Source: Polyangiales bacterium (GTDB lineage Bacteria; Myxococcota_A; Polyangia; Polyangiales; Polyangiaceae). Taken from it: a stretch of DNA of 64,000 nt. The stretch is from the NCBI GenBank assembly GCA_038231275.1, contig JBBRLQ010000018.1, positions 96,001 through 160,000 of the forward strand, given 5' to 3'. Under the pieces are notes generated by a model, which had not been told where the DNA came from, did not search any database, and saw only the letters and a list, made by a program, of their open reading frames with translations. Position 1 is the stretch's first letter. The number at the start of each line of letters is the position of its first letter. Below, in pieces: positions 19,790-28,218 of this stretch. The position numbers were made by a program, and so were the translations under genes.

Positions 19790-21207
19790 TGGGCGCGGGA
19801 CGATCGGCGGTGATCGCGCTCGCCGTGAGCGCCGCGCTGGTCGCGACCGGCTGCCCGATGATCCGTCGCCACGAGACGCAGGCGAAGGCCGCAGAGCAAG
19901 CGCTCCCGAAGACCGCCGAGGGTCTCCTCTCCGCCGCGACCGTCTTCAGCAGCGTGCGGCACGAGTTCATCCTCGACCCGACGAGCAGCTTCGCGCCCGG
20001 GCGCGGCCTCCAGAAGCGTGAGAACGGCCTGTGGGAAGCCGTCCCCACCGAGTGCGCGCGGGGCAAGCGCGCGCGAGAGGGCCAGGCCGCACCTCCGCGC
20101 GTCGATCCCGCGACGATCGATTTCGGCTACGTCGGCGTCGCGATCGACTCGTCGCTCGTCGGCCTCGACGCCGATCTCACCAAGTTCTTCGGCGCAGGCT
20201 TCGAGGTGTCGTCCCGCACGCTGCGCCTCGTCGCGATCGCCTTTGCGCGCGATCTCGATCCGCAGTTCTTCGAGGCCTCCGACGACGTCGCCTACGCGGG
20301 CGAGGGCTGCGCCTGCGCGCGCGCGACGCATTTCGTCGGCGCGGTGAAGCTAGGCGCGATGCTCTCGTACGAGACCACCGCGGTCGCCTCCGAGGTGCAC
20401 GGCAACGCGTTCGACTACTTCAAGGCGAAGCTCGCGCTCAAGGACGAGACGGTGAAGGAGCGGCGCGTCGGCGTCCTCGAGATCGACGGCCTCGAGACGC
20501 TCGGCGCCGACGCCACGCACCCGCCCACCTTCCACGTGAAGGACGCCGTGCCGTTGGCGTATTCGGTCTATCCCATCTCCGACGTGTGTCGCTTCGCCCT
20601 ACCGGCGCCCGACGTCGCCCCTGCGCTCGTCGACTTCGGGGACGTCGCGTACGGCGGGGAGTCGACGCGCCTCGTCCACGTGCAGAACCGCGCCGCCATC
20701 GATCTTCTGGCGATCCACGAAGGTCGGAACTTCGCGGTCCCCGCGCGCGGGAGCGTCGACGTCCCCATCTCGTGGCGTCCGCGCGGCGACGCGCTCGGGT
20801 GCGAGGCGCAAACGCGAGAGGAGACGCTGCTCTTCGTGCCGCGCGACGACGGCGTCGTGGTGGTGCCGTCGCAGCAAGCGGTCCGCGTGGTGGAGCGCGT
20901 GCGCGCCGGAAGGGCGTCGCTCCGTCAGGTCGAGCGCATCGACACCGGTGACCACCGCAAGCCCGACTATACGAAGACGCAGCGCGACACGACCTGCCCC
21001 GCCGACTACGCGGCCCGCGCCTGCACGATCGACAACGCCCAGTGCGCCGACAAGAGCGGCGTCTGCAAGGGCGACGGGTATTCCGTGACGGCGGCCCTGA
21101 CGCCGGCCGGGTGCCATTTCGCCTGCCAAGGCCCCGACGCTTTGCTGCGCAGCCAGTTCTGCCGGTTCGACGCGGTCACCGAGTGCGCGCTTCGGTGTGC
21201 AAAATAG
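19786..21207 (+). CDS. Lipoprotein with a divergent MACPF-like region, an Ig-like (ASH/choice-of-anchor D) domain and a Cys-rich C-terminus
   Basis: ATGC lipobox; PGRGL, ATHFVGAVKLGA, VPLAYSVYPISDV; VDFGDVAYG.ESTRLVHVQN. The ORF is solid; the domain call is tentative. Confidence 0.65.
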   Translation: MMGAGRSAVIALAVSAALVATGCPMIRRHETQAKAAEQALPKTAEGLLSAATVFSSVRHEFILDPTSSFAPGRGLQKRENGLWEAVPTECARGKRAREGQAAPPRVDPATIDFGYVGVAIDSSLVGLDADLTKFFGAGFEVSSRTLRLVAIAFARDLDPQFFEASDDVAYAGEGCACARATHFVGAVKLGAMLSYETTAVASEVHGNAFDYFKAKLALKDETVKERRVGVLEIDGLETLGADATHPPTFHVKDAVPLAYSVYPISDVCRFALPAPDVAPALVDFGDVAYGGESTRLVHVQNRAAIDLLAIHEGRNFAVPARGSVDVPISWRPRGDALGCEAQTREETLLFVPRDDGVVVVPSQQAVRVVERVRAGRASLRQVERIDTGDHRKPDYTKTQRDTTCPADYAARACTIDNAQCADKSGVCKGDGYSVTAALTPAGCHFACQGPDALLRSQFCRFDAVTECALRCAK

Positions 21208-21314
21208 CGACCCGCGCGCGCTTTTGACGCAACCCGCGGCGGCTCGTGCCGATGGGGCAACGAGGAGACGGGCGCGTCCGCCTGGGCCCTCGCTGAACCA
21301 GAGGAGAAAACATC

Positions 21315-21827
21315 ATGGACATCAATGGAATCGGCAATCGCCCCGACGTCACCGCCGTCGCCTCCGCGCCGCGCCCCACCCCGACGCCCGTTCGCGTCCA
21401 CTTCGCGGAGGTCATGGCCAAGACCGTCGTGAGCGGCGCCGAGAGCGCGATCCGCGCGCTTCCCGGCGGGCCCATGATGGCGGTCGCGCTTCGTGGGGGA
21501 GGCGCGGCGTCGGCGTCGACGATGTCGATCACCCGCCCGTTCGGCGGCGCGCACGCCGCGCTCGCGACGCCCGAGGGCCCGGGTGGCTCGGCGTCGGGCC
21601 TCGGCGGAATCGGCGGCGCAGCGACGGGGGTCGGCGGCACCGGCACCGGAACGGGCGCCGAAGGCGGGAGCATCGAGGCGACGATGCAGCAGAGCCAGGA
21701 GATGAACCTCTACTACCTTCAGATCCAGGAGCAGGTGAACGCGCAGAACCGCTCGTTCTCGACGCTCTCCAACGTGCTCAAGGCCGAGCACGACACCGTC
21801 AAGACCGCCATCGGCAACGTTCGCTGA
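21315..21827 (+). CDS. Hypothetical protein with a T3SS needle/inner-rod-like C-terminal helix
   Basis: GAGGAG RBS; Gly/Thr-rich linker; ends YLQIQEQVNAQNRSFSTLSNVLKAEHDTVKTAIGNVR. Confidence 0.75.
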   Translation: MDINGIGNRPDVTAVASAPRPTPTPVRVHFAEVMAKTVVSGAESAIRALPGGPMMAVALRGGGAASASTMSITRPFGGAHAALATPEGPGGSASGLGGIGGAATGVGGTGTGTGAEGGSIEATMQQSQEMNLYYLQIQEQVNAQNRSFSTLSNVLKAEHDTVKTAIGNVR

Positions 21828-21894
21828 AACGATGGCGATCCCGCTCACCTGTGCTCGCGCTTGCTTCGTTCGACCTGTAGTCTAGGAGACGGCC

Positions 21895-22257
21895 ATGCCG
21901 ATCGATCCCATCGGAAAAGGCGGGGGGATCCCGCCGCAGACGCCTGGCCCCACCGGTCCGGACGCGGTGGCCCCGACCAAGGCGTTCGAGGTGAGCCCAG
22001 CGGGCGGGGCGCAGAAGGCCGAGGGCGCGCAGGCGGTCTCGGCCGGCCCGCTCGACGAGCTGCGCGCCGGAAAGATCGACGTGAATCGGTACGTCGATCT
22101 CAAGCTCGACGAGGCGACCGCGCACCTGAAGGGGCTGCACACGTCCGAGCTCGCGCACATCCGCGACGTCCTGCGCGACAAGATCGTCCACGATCCGCAG
22201 ATCGCGGATCTCGTGCGCCAGGCCGCGGGCGCGGTGCCGGCCCCGCACGACGAATGA
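21895..22257 (+). CDS. Small hypothetical protein (disordered Pro/Gly N-terminus, helical C-terminus)
   Basis: AGGAG RBS; typical codon bias; ATGA overlap with the next gene. Confidence 0.75.
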   Translation: MPIDPIGKGGGIPPQTPGPTGPDAVAPTKAFEVSPAGGAQKAEGAQAVSAGPLDELRAGKIDVNRYVDLKLDEATAHLKGLHTSELAHIRDVLRDKIVHDPQIADLVRQAAGAVPAPHDE

Positions 22258-23210
22258 GCGCGCCCCTCCTCTCGCGCCGCGCGCTCCTCGTCGGCGTGGG
22301 CGCGGGCGTCGCGACAGGATGCTCGAAGAAAGAGCCCCCGCCTCCGATCGTCGCGTCGAGCCCTCCGCCACCGCCTCCGCTCGACGCAGGAATGCGCGGG
22401 TCGTCGCGGCTCGTCACGATGACGTTCGACGCCGACGCCGGCGGGCCACAGACGGCCGCGATCTTGGTGCCGACGTGGGGCCCCGAGGGGACGCGCTTCC
22501 CGGTGGTGGTTGCCTTGCACGGGCGCGGCGAGGCGCTGAAAGGCCCCGATCGCGGCGCGTTCGGCTGGCCGCGCGATTACGCCCTCTCGCGCGCGATGGA
22601 ACGCATCGCGTCACCGCCGGTCACCCCCGCCGATCTCGAGGGCTTCGTCGACGACGCTCGGCTCGCGCAGATGAACACCGATCTGGCGGCGCGCCCGTTC
22701 GGCGGCGTCATCGTCGCGTGCCCGTACGTTCCCGATCTGGATCTGCGAACCTTCAAGGACGTGCGCGCGTACGGAAAATGGATCGTGGAGGTCTTCCTCC
22801 CGCGCGTCCGCCGCGAGACGCCCGCGATCGCGTCGTTCGAGGCGACTGGCATCGACGGAGTGTCGCTCGGCGGCGCGACGGCGCTGCGGGTCGGCTTCGC
22901 GAATCCGGAGGCGTTCGGCGCGGTCGGCGCGCTGCAACCCGCAGTCTTCGACGACCAGGCGCAGGAGTGGACCGAGCTCGCGCGCTACGCGAGGAAGAAA
23001 CGCCCAAGCATGGCGCTCCGCCTCGTCACGAGCCACGACGACTACTACAACGGCCCCATCACGCACCTTTCCCAGGCGTGGCGCGCAGGCGGCGTCGAGC
23101 ACGAGTTCGCGGATCTGCCCGGACCTCACGACTACGCGTTCAACCGCGGCCCCGGCAGCTACGAGCTCCTCTCGTGGCACGATCGCGTCCTCCGCCGCGC
23201 GTCGCGTTGA
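22254..23210 (+). CDS. Alpha/beta-hydrolase (putative esterase), Tat-exported lipoprotein
   Basis: SRRALL twin-Arg signal plus ATGC; PVVVALHG, GVSLGG nucleophile elbow, PGPHDY. Confidence 0.85.
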   Translation: MSAPLLSRRALLVGVGAGVATGCSKKEPPPPIVASSPPPPPPLDAGMRGSSRLVTMTFDADAGGPQTAAILVPTWGPEGTRFPVVVALHGRGEALKGPDRGAFGWPRDYALSRAMERIASPPVTPADLEGFVDDARLAQMNTDLAARPFGGVIVACPYVPDLDLRTFKDVRAYGKWIVEVFLPRVRRETPAIASFEATGIDGVSLGGATALRVGFANPEAFGAVGALQPAVFDDQAQEWTELARYARKKRPSMALRLVTSHDDYYNGPITHLSQAWRAGGVEHEFADLPGPHDYAFNRGPGSYELLSWHDRVLRRASR

Positions 23211-23225
23211 CTTGGGAAGGAGCCT

Positions 23226-23801
23226 TCAGGCGTCTTCTTCCCGTAAACGAATCGGGCTGAACGCGCTCGGATCGTAAGCGGTCGGGTTCTTTTCCTTGTA
23301 GAATGCACGAATACGGTCCATGTCGGCGCGCACGTCGCCGGTCAGCGTGATCGCCGCGCCGAGCCCCGCGCGCTTGCGGCCGAAGTCGAGGTAGCCAGGG
23401 ACCACGGGGACGTCGGCGCCCCGCGCGATGTGGTAAAAACCGGACTTCCACGCCTCCGCGCGCGAGCGCGTGCCCTCCGGCGGGATGGCGAGCACGAATG
23501 CGTCGCGCGCGCGGAACTGTTCGATCATCTGCTCGACGACGTTCCGCGAGCGGCTCCGGTCGATCGCGACCGCGCCGAGGCGTCGCATCGGAGGACCCAT
23601 CGGTCCTTTGACCCACGCATCCTTCACCATCCAGTCGATCTGGAGGCCGATGCTGCGCGTGAGCCCGATGAGGAGGAGCCCGTCCCAGTTGCTCGTGTGC
23701 GGCACCGCGAGCAGCACGTACTTCTTCTCGGGAGGGACCGGCCCTTCGTATTTCCACCCGACGAGCTGGAGAGACAGACGCGCGGCGTGGCTCGGCTTCA
23801 C
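23226..23801 (-). CDS. PlsC-like lysophospholipid acyltransferase
   Basis: PHTSNWD (HxxxxD), IDR, PPEGTRS, WKSGFYHIA; GTG start inferred. Confidence 0.9.
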   Translation of the reverse strand: MKPSHAARLSLQLVGWKYEGPVPPEKKYVLLAVPHTSNWDGLLLIGLTRSIGLQIDWMVKDAWVKGPMGPPMRRLGAVAIDRSRSRNVVEQMIEQFRARDAFVLAIPPEGTRSRAEAWKSGFYHIARGADVPVVPGYLDFGRKRAGLGAAITLTGDVRADMDRIRAFYKEKNPTAYDPSAFSPIRLREEDA

Positions 23802-23859
23802 GACCCAAAGTCTTACGAGTTGCGGGTGCTGGAGGCCACCCCCTTGCAGCGGAAAGGGT

Positions 23860-26559
23860 ATGATGCCGCCGATCCATGGTGTCGGCATTGGTGACCGCGT
23901 GACCTTGCTCTCGCTCGAGTCGCTCGCCAAAAAGCGCGCGGACCCTCGCGTGGTCGGCGGGAAGGCCGCGGGGCTCGCGTGGCTCCTCAAGAACGATTTC
24001 GCGGTGCCCGAGGGGTGGGTGATCCCGCAGGAGTCGTTCGAGGCGGCGATCCGCGAGCTGTCGCCGGGATGCGAGCCGCGATCGCTCCTCCGCGCCGCGT
24101 CGGGTCGCGCCGGATACGCGAGGGCAGCAGAGGCACGTCAGGAGATCCTCGGCGCCGCGCTGCCCAAAGGGCTCGAGGCCGAGCTCGCCGATCTCTGGCG
24201 CCGCATCGAGCGCACGTGCCCGTGGGGCCTCGCCGTGCGCTCGAGCGCCACGTGCGAGGACGGCGCGCTCGTGTCGATGGCCGGCCTCGCGGAGACGCGC
24301 CTCGGGGTGCGCGGCGTGCCTGCGCTGATGGACGCGGTGCGGGCGGTGTGGGCGTCGATCGCGTCGGGTCGTGCGCTCGCGTACCTCGCCGCGCACGGCG
24401 TGAAGGACGTCGGGATGGCGGTGGTCCTCCAGCGGACCGTCGAGGCGCGCGCCGCCGGCGTGATGTTCACGCGCGCGCCCGACCGCAGGAGCGGCAGCGG
24501 CGACGAGCGCATCGTCAACGCCGGCTTCGGCCTCGGCGCACCGGTGGTCGATGGCGTCGCGACCCCCGACATGCTCCGCATCGACGCGCGCGGCCGTACG
24601 ATGGAAGCGACGATCGCCCACAAAACAAGGGCTACCGTGGTCACCGCGAGCGGCCTCAAAGACATCGCCGTCGCCGATCCCGACGCGCCGGCGCTCGGCG
24701 AGGCGCGCCTCGTCGAGCTCGCCGAGATCGCGCTGCGCCTCGAGAGGCTGGAGCGCGTCCCGTGGGATGTCGAGTTCGCGTGCGACGACAACCGCACATG
24801 GCTCGTCCAGGCGCGCCCGATCACCGGCCGCGGCTTCCCCGAGGGCGGCGACGAGACGACGGTGTGGAGCAGCGCGAACATCGGCGAGGCGCTCCCCGGC
24901 GTCGCGACGCCGCTCACCTGGTCGATCGCGGGAGCGTTCAGCGACGGGGGCTTTCGCAGCGCGTTCGCGGCGCTTGGCTGCACGGTGCCCAAGAACGCGC
25001 ACCTCGTCGGCAACGTCTACGGCCGCTTCTACCTCAACCTCTCGCAGTTCATGCGCATCGCCGCGCAAGTGCCGTGGCTCGACGCGCGCACGCTGGTCGA
25101 GCTCGGCGGAGGCGCGGGCGGCGACGAGCTCGCGCTTCAGGTCGCCGACGTGTCGCACCGCAGCTTCTACGCGCGCCTGCCGCTCACCGCGACGCGGCTC
25201 ATGAAGGAGCAGCTCCGCCTCGACGACGAGGTCTCCAAGTTCGAAGCGTTCGCGGAGAAGGCGCAGCGCATTCAGAGCGCGCTCGATCTCGCGATCCTGC
25301 CGGACGACGGCCTCGCGCGCACGCTGCGCGATTTGCAGGGGCTCCTCGAGCGGACCGGAAACGTGATGCTCACGTGCGCGTCGAGCGCCCTCGGCACGCA
25401 CCTCGCGCTCAAGATGCTCCTCTCGCGGGTCGCGCCGATCGGCGCCGAGCGGCTCGCGCAAGGCCTGAGCAGCGGCATCCGCGATCTCGAGAGCGCGCGT
25501 CCGGCGATCGGAATCCTGCGCATCGTGGCGCTCGCACGCCGCGAGCCGGAGGCACGCGCGGTGCTGGAAAAAGAAGGCATCGGCCTCGACGCGATCCCCG
25601 ACGGCCCCACCCGCCGCGCGCTCCAGAGCTACTTCGAGCTGTACGGCGATCGCGCCGTGCGTGAAGCCGAGCTGTCGACGCCGCGCTGGCGAGAAGATCC
25701 GCGCCCGGTCCTCACGATGGTCCGCGTCTCGCTCCGCGGCGAAGCGCGCGATCTCGAGGCGCAGATCGCGCGCGCAAAGGCGCACGCCGACGCGGAGATG
25801 GCGAAGCTCCTGCCGCGCCTCTCGCTCATCGAGCAGACGGCGGTGCGGCACCTCGTCGCGCGCGCGCAGAGATCGGCGCGGCTCCGCGAGCGAATGCGCG
25901 CGTGGGTGACGCGCGTGCTTGGGATGCTCCGCGAGGCCGCGCTCGACGCGGAGCGGCGCTTGCTTCGCCTGGCGCCGGAGCTCGTGCAAGACCAGCTCTC
26001 GCTCGCCAAAGCCGGCTCCACCGTGGCGCAGATCCCCAGCGTGTTCTTTTTCACCGTCGACGAGCTGGTGCACGCGCTCAAGAGCTCGCGCACCGATCTG
26101 GCGCCGCTCGTGCGCGCGCGACGCGCCGAGTTCGCGCGGGATCAGGCGCGCCCCGATCCGCCGCCGACCTTCACGGGGGCGCCGCCGCCGGTCGTCCTTC
26201 CGCCGTCGAGCGGGGACACGCTGCGCGGCTTGCCTGCGTCGGGCGGCGTCGTCGAGGGGCGCGCGCGCGTGCTGCTCGGGCCCGATCACATGGGCGAGCT
26301 CGTACCGGGGGAGGTCCTCGTCGTCCACACGACCGACGTCGGGTGGACGCCGCTCTTTCCGCTCGCCGCCGGCATCGTGACCGAGCTCGGCGGACCGCTG
26401 TCGCACGCCGCCGTCGTCGCGCGGGAGTTCGGGGTGCCGAGCGTCGTGAACGTGCCGGGCGTGACGCGCGCGCTGAAGACCGGCGATCTCGTGCGCGTCG
26501 ACGGCGATCGCGGCGTCGTCGAGCGGCTCGAGCGGCTCGAGCGACCGGCGAAGACGTGA
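23860..26559 (+). CDS. PEP-utilising dikinase-family enzyme with rifampin-phosphotransferase-like architecture
   Basis: N-terminal ATP-grasp (GGKAAGL, AVRSSA..ED, DVEF, QARPIT), helical middle domain, C-terminal swivel TDVGWTPLF...GGPLSHAAVVAREFG. Confidence 0.88.
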   Translation: MMPPIHGVGIGDRVTLLSLESLAKKRADPRVVGGKAAGLAWLLKNDFAVPEGWVIPQESFEAAIRELSPGCEPRSLLRAASGRAGYARAAEARQEILGAALPKGLEAELADLWRRIERTCPWGLAVRSSATCEDGALVSMAGLAETRLGVRGVPALMDAVRAVWASIASGRALAYLAAHGVKDVGMAVVLQRTVEARAAGVMFTRAPDRRSGSGDERIVNAGFGLGAPVVDGVATPDMLRIDARGRTMEATIAHKTRATVVTASGLKDIAVADPDAPALGEARLVELAEIALRLERLERVPWDVEFACDDNRTWLVQARPITGRGFPEGGDETTVWSSANIGEALPGVATPLTWSIAGAFSDGGFRSAFAALGCTVPKNAHLVGNVYGRFYLNLSQFMRIAAQVPWLDARTLVELGGGAGGDELALQVADVSHRSFYARLPLTATRLMKEQLRLDDEVSKFEAFAEKAQRIQSALDLAILPDDGLARTLRDLQGLLERTGNVMLTCASSALGTHLALKMLLSRVAPIGAERLAQGLSSGIRDLESARPAIGILRIVALARREPEARAVLEKEGIGLDAIPDGPTRRALQSYFELYGDRAVREAELSTPRWREDPRPVLTMVRVSLRGEARDLEAQIARAKAHADAEMAKLLPRLSLIEQTAVRHLVARAQRSARLRERMRAWVTRVLGMLREAALDAERRLLRLAPELVQDQLSLAKAGSTVAQIPSVFFFTVDELVHALKSSRTDLAPLVRARRAEFARDQARPDPPPTFTGAPPPVVLPPSSGDTLRGLPASGGVVEGRARVLLGPDHMGELVPGEVLVVHTTDVGWTPLFPLAAGIVTELGGPLSHAAVVAREFGVPSVVNVPGVTRALKTGDLVRVDGDRGVVERLERLERPAKT

Positions 26560-26560
26560 C

Positions 26561-27445
26561 GTGAAGCGCTGGCGCGTTGCGACGTCGGGCGAGGGGACGC
26601 TGCTGGCCCTCGTACGCGATCCGGTCGCGATCGCCGAAGGGCGTGTTTTCGTCGATCGAAAACGCGTGCAGGATGCAAATTTAATCGTCCGCGCGGACAG
26701 CGAGGTGACGCTCTCGCCTCCGGCGCGAACGCAGGTCGAAGACGTTCCCGTGCTCGCGCGCGAGGGGGAGCTGCTCGCGCTCGCGAAGCCTGCGGGCATT
26801 CCCACGATCCCCGACCACGGCGGCGCCTCGCACTCCCTCCTCGCGCACGCCGCGCGCATCGCAGGGCTTCCGGAGGCGCGCGTGCACCCGACGTCGCGCC
26901 TCGATCGCGAGGTGAGCGGCGTCGTCGTCTTCGCGCTGTCCGCCGACGCCGCCGCGCGGATGAAAAAGGCACGCGACGAAGGCGCCTACGAGCGTCGCTA
27001 CGTCGCGCTCGCGTCGCGAGCCCCGACGCCGGAGCGTGGATCGTGGGACGCGGGCATCGGTCGCGCGAAGGATCCGCGCAAGCGCCAGGTCGACGGCCGC
27101 GACGCGACGGACGCGCGAACGCGCTACGCCGTGGTGGCGACGGCGCCCGGCGGACAAGCGCTCCTCGCCGTCGCCCCGGACACCGGACGCACGCACCAGA
27201 TCCGCGTCCACGCGAGCCACGCCGGCGCGCCGCTCCTCGGCGATCGTACCTATGGAGGCCCACCGCGATTGACCCTCCCCGGTGGCCGCGTCCTCTCGCT
27301 CGATCGCATCGCGCTGCACTGTGCGCGCGTCGTCGCGTGCGGCCTCGATGTCACGGCGCCCGTTCCGTCGGAGCTCGAGGCGACGTGGGCGTCCCTCGGC
27401 GGTGATCCCGACGCATGGGCGCGTGCGATGACGACGCCTGTGTGA
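26561..27445 (+). CDS. RluA-family RNA pseudouridine synthase
   Basis: KPAG, SRLDREVSG (catalytic Asp), TGRTHQIRVH, GDRTYG, LHC. Confidence 0.93.
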   Translation: MKRWRVATSGEGTLLALVRDPVAIAEGRVFVDRKRVQDANLIVRADSEVTLSPPARTQVEDVPVLAREGELLALAKPAGIPTIPDHGGASHSLLAHAARIAGLPEARVHPTSRLDREVSGVVVFALSADAAARMKKARDEGAYERRYVALASRAPTPERGSWDAGIGRAKDPRKRQVDGRDATDARTRYAVVATAPGGQALLAVAPDTGRTHQIRVHASHAGAPLLGDRTYGGPPRLTLPGGRVLSLDRIALHCARVVACGLDVTAPVPSELEATWASLGGDPDAWARAMTTPV

Positions 27446-27466
27446 CGCTCGCGATGCGCGTGCCCC

Positions 27467-28165
27467 TCAGCCTCGCGTGACGCGGCCGTCTCCCGTGATC
27501 GGCATGGGCGCGCCAAGGTGTCGCGGAACGCGGTGGGTCGCGACGTCGAGGAAGGCGCGCGTTCGCGACGCGATCTCGCGCGTCTCGGAGTAGAGCGCGC
27601 CAGGGTACCGCCTCCGGTCCGCGGGGACGCCGTCGGCGGTCAGGCCGAGCGCGCGTGCGATGTAGAGCGCGCGCGGCAAGTGGAAGCGCTGTGTTGCGAC
27701 GAGCACCCGGCGCACGTGGAAGACGTCACGCGCGCGCGCCATCGAGCTGTAGGTGTCGAGGCCCGCGTGGTCGAGGAAGATGTCCTCGCGAGGCACGCCG
27801 CGCGCTTCCAGCCAGGCGCGCATCGCGTTCACCTCGTCGTAGCCGTCGGTGCGGTGGTCGCCGGACACGAGGATGCGCGGCACGCGACCCTCCTGGTACA
27901 GATCGAGCGCGGTCTGGAGGCGATCCTCGAGGACCGCCGAGACCGCCCCGTCGGCGTAGACGCGCGCGCCGAGGACCAGCGCGCAATCTGCGGTCTGCCC
28001 CTCGAGCAGCTCCGCGGCGAACGGCGTTCCGCCACGAAGGACCGTGACGTTGCAGATCGCGACCACGGCCGCGATGGTCACGGCCGCTACGGTGGTGCGG
28101 CGACGCAGTTTCTTCGAGAAAATGGCCACGAAACCACTACGCCGACGCAATACGGCGCATTCCAC
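27467..28165 (-). CDS. SanA/ElyC/YdcF (DUF218) family protein
   Basis: LVLGA, LEDRL, ILVSGD, YDEVNAM, DHAGLDTYSS, TQRFHLPRA; exact start uncertain. Confidence 0.9.
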   Translation of the reverse strand: MECAVLRRRSGFVAIFSKKLRRRTTVAAVTIAAVVAICNVTVLRGGTPFAAELLEGQTADCALVLGARVYADGAVSAVLEDRLQTALDLYQEGRVPRILVSGDHRTDGYDEVNAMRAWLEARGVPREDIFLDHAGLDTYSSMARARDVFHVRRVLVATQRFHLPRALYIARALGLTADGVPADRRRYPGALYSETREIASRTRAFLDVATHRVPRHLGAPMPITGDGRVTRG

Positions 28166-28218
28166 CGTCGCACGAGACCGCAGGAATAAATCCGCGTCGC
28201 CGCCCGTCGAACCTTCCC

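Noticed and set aside
23860..26559. Annotation as ppsA or ppdK
   Set aside because: Lacks the C-terminal PEP/pyruvate-binding barrel, and the His swivel domain is terminal
23140..26859. 1239-aa minus-strand ORF and similar long antisense or alternate-frame ORFs (e.g. 60095-63604, 43897-45882, 12627-15707, 1687-3276)
   Set aside because: Shadow ORFs of real genes caused by high GC and stop-codon scarcity; Arg/Ala-rich with no motifs
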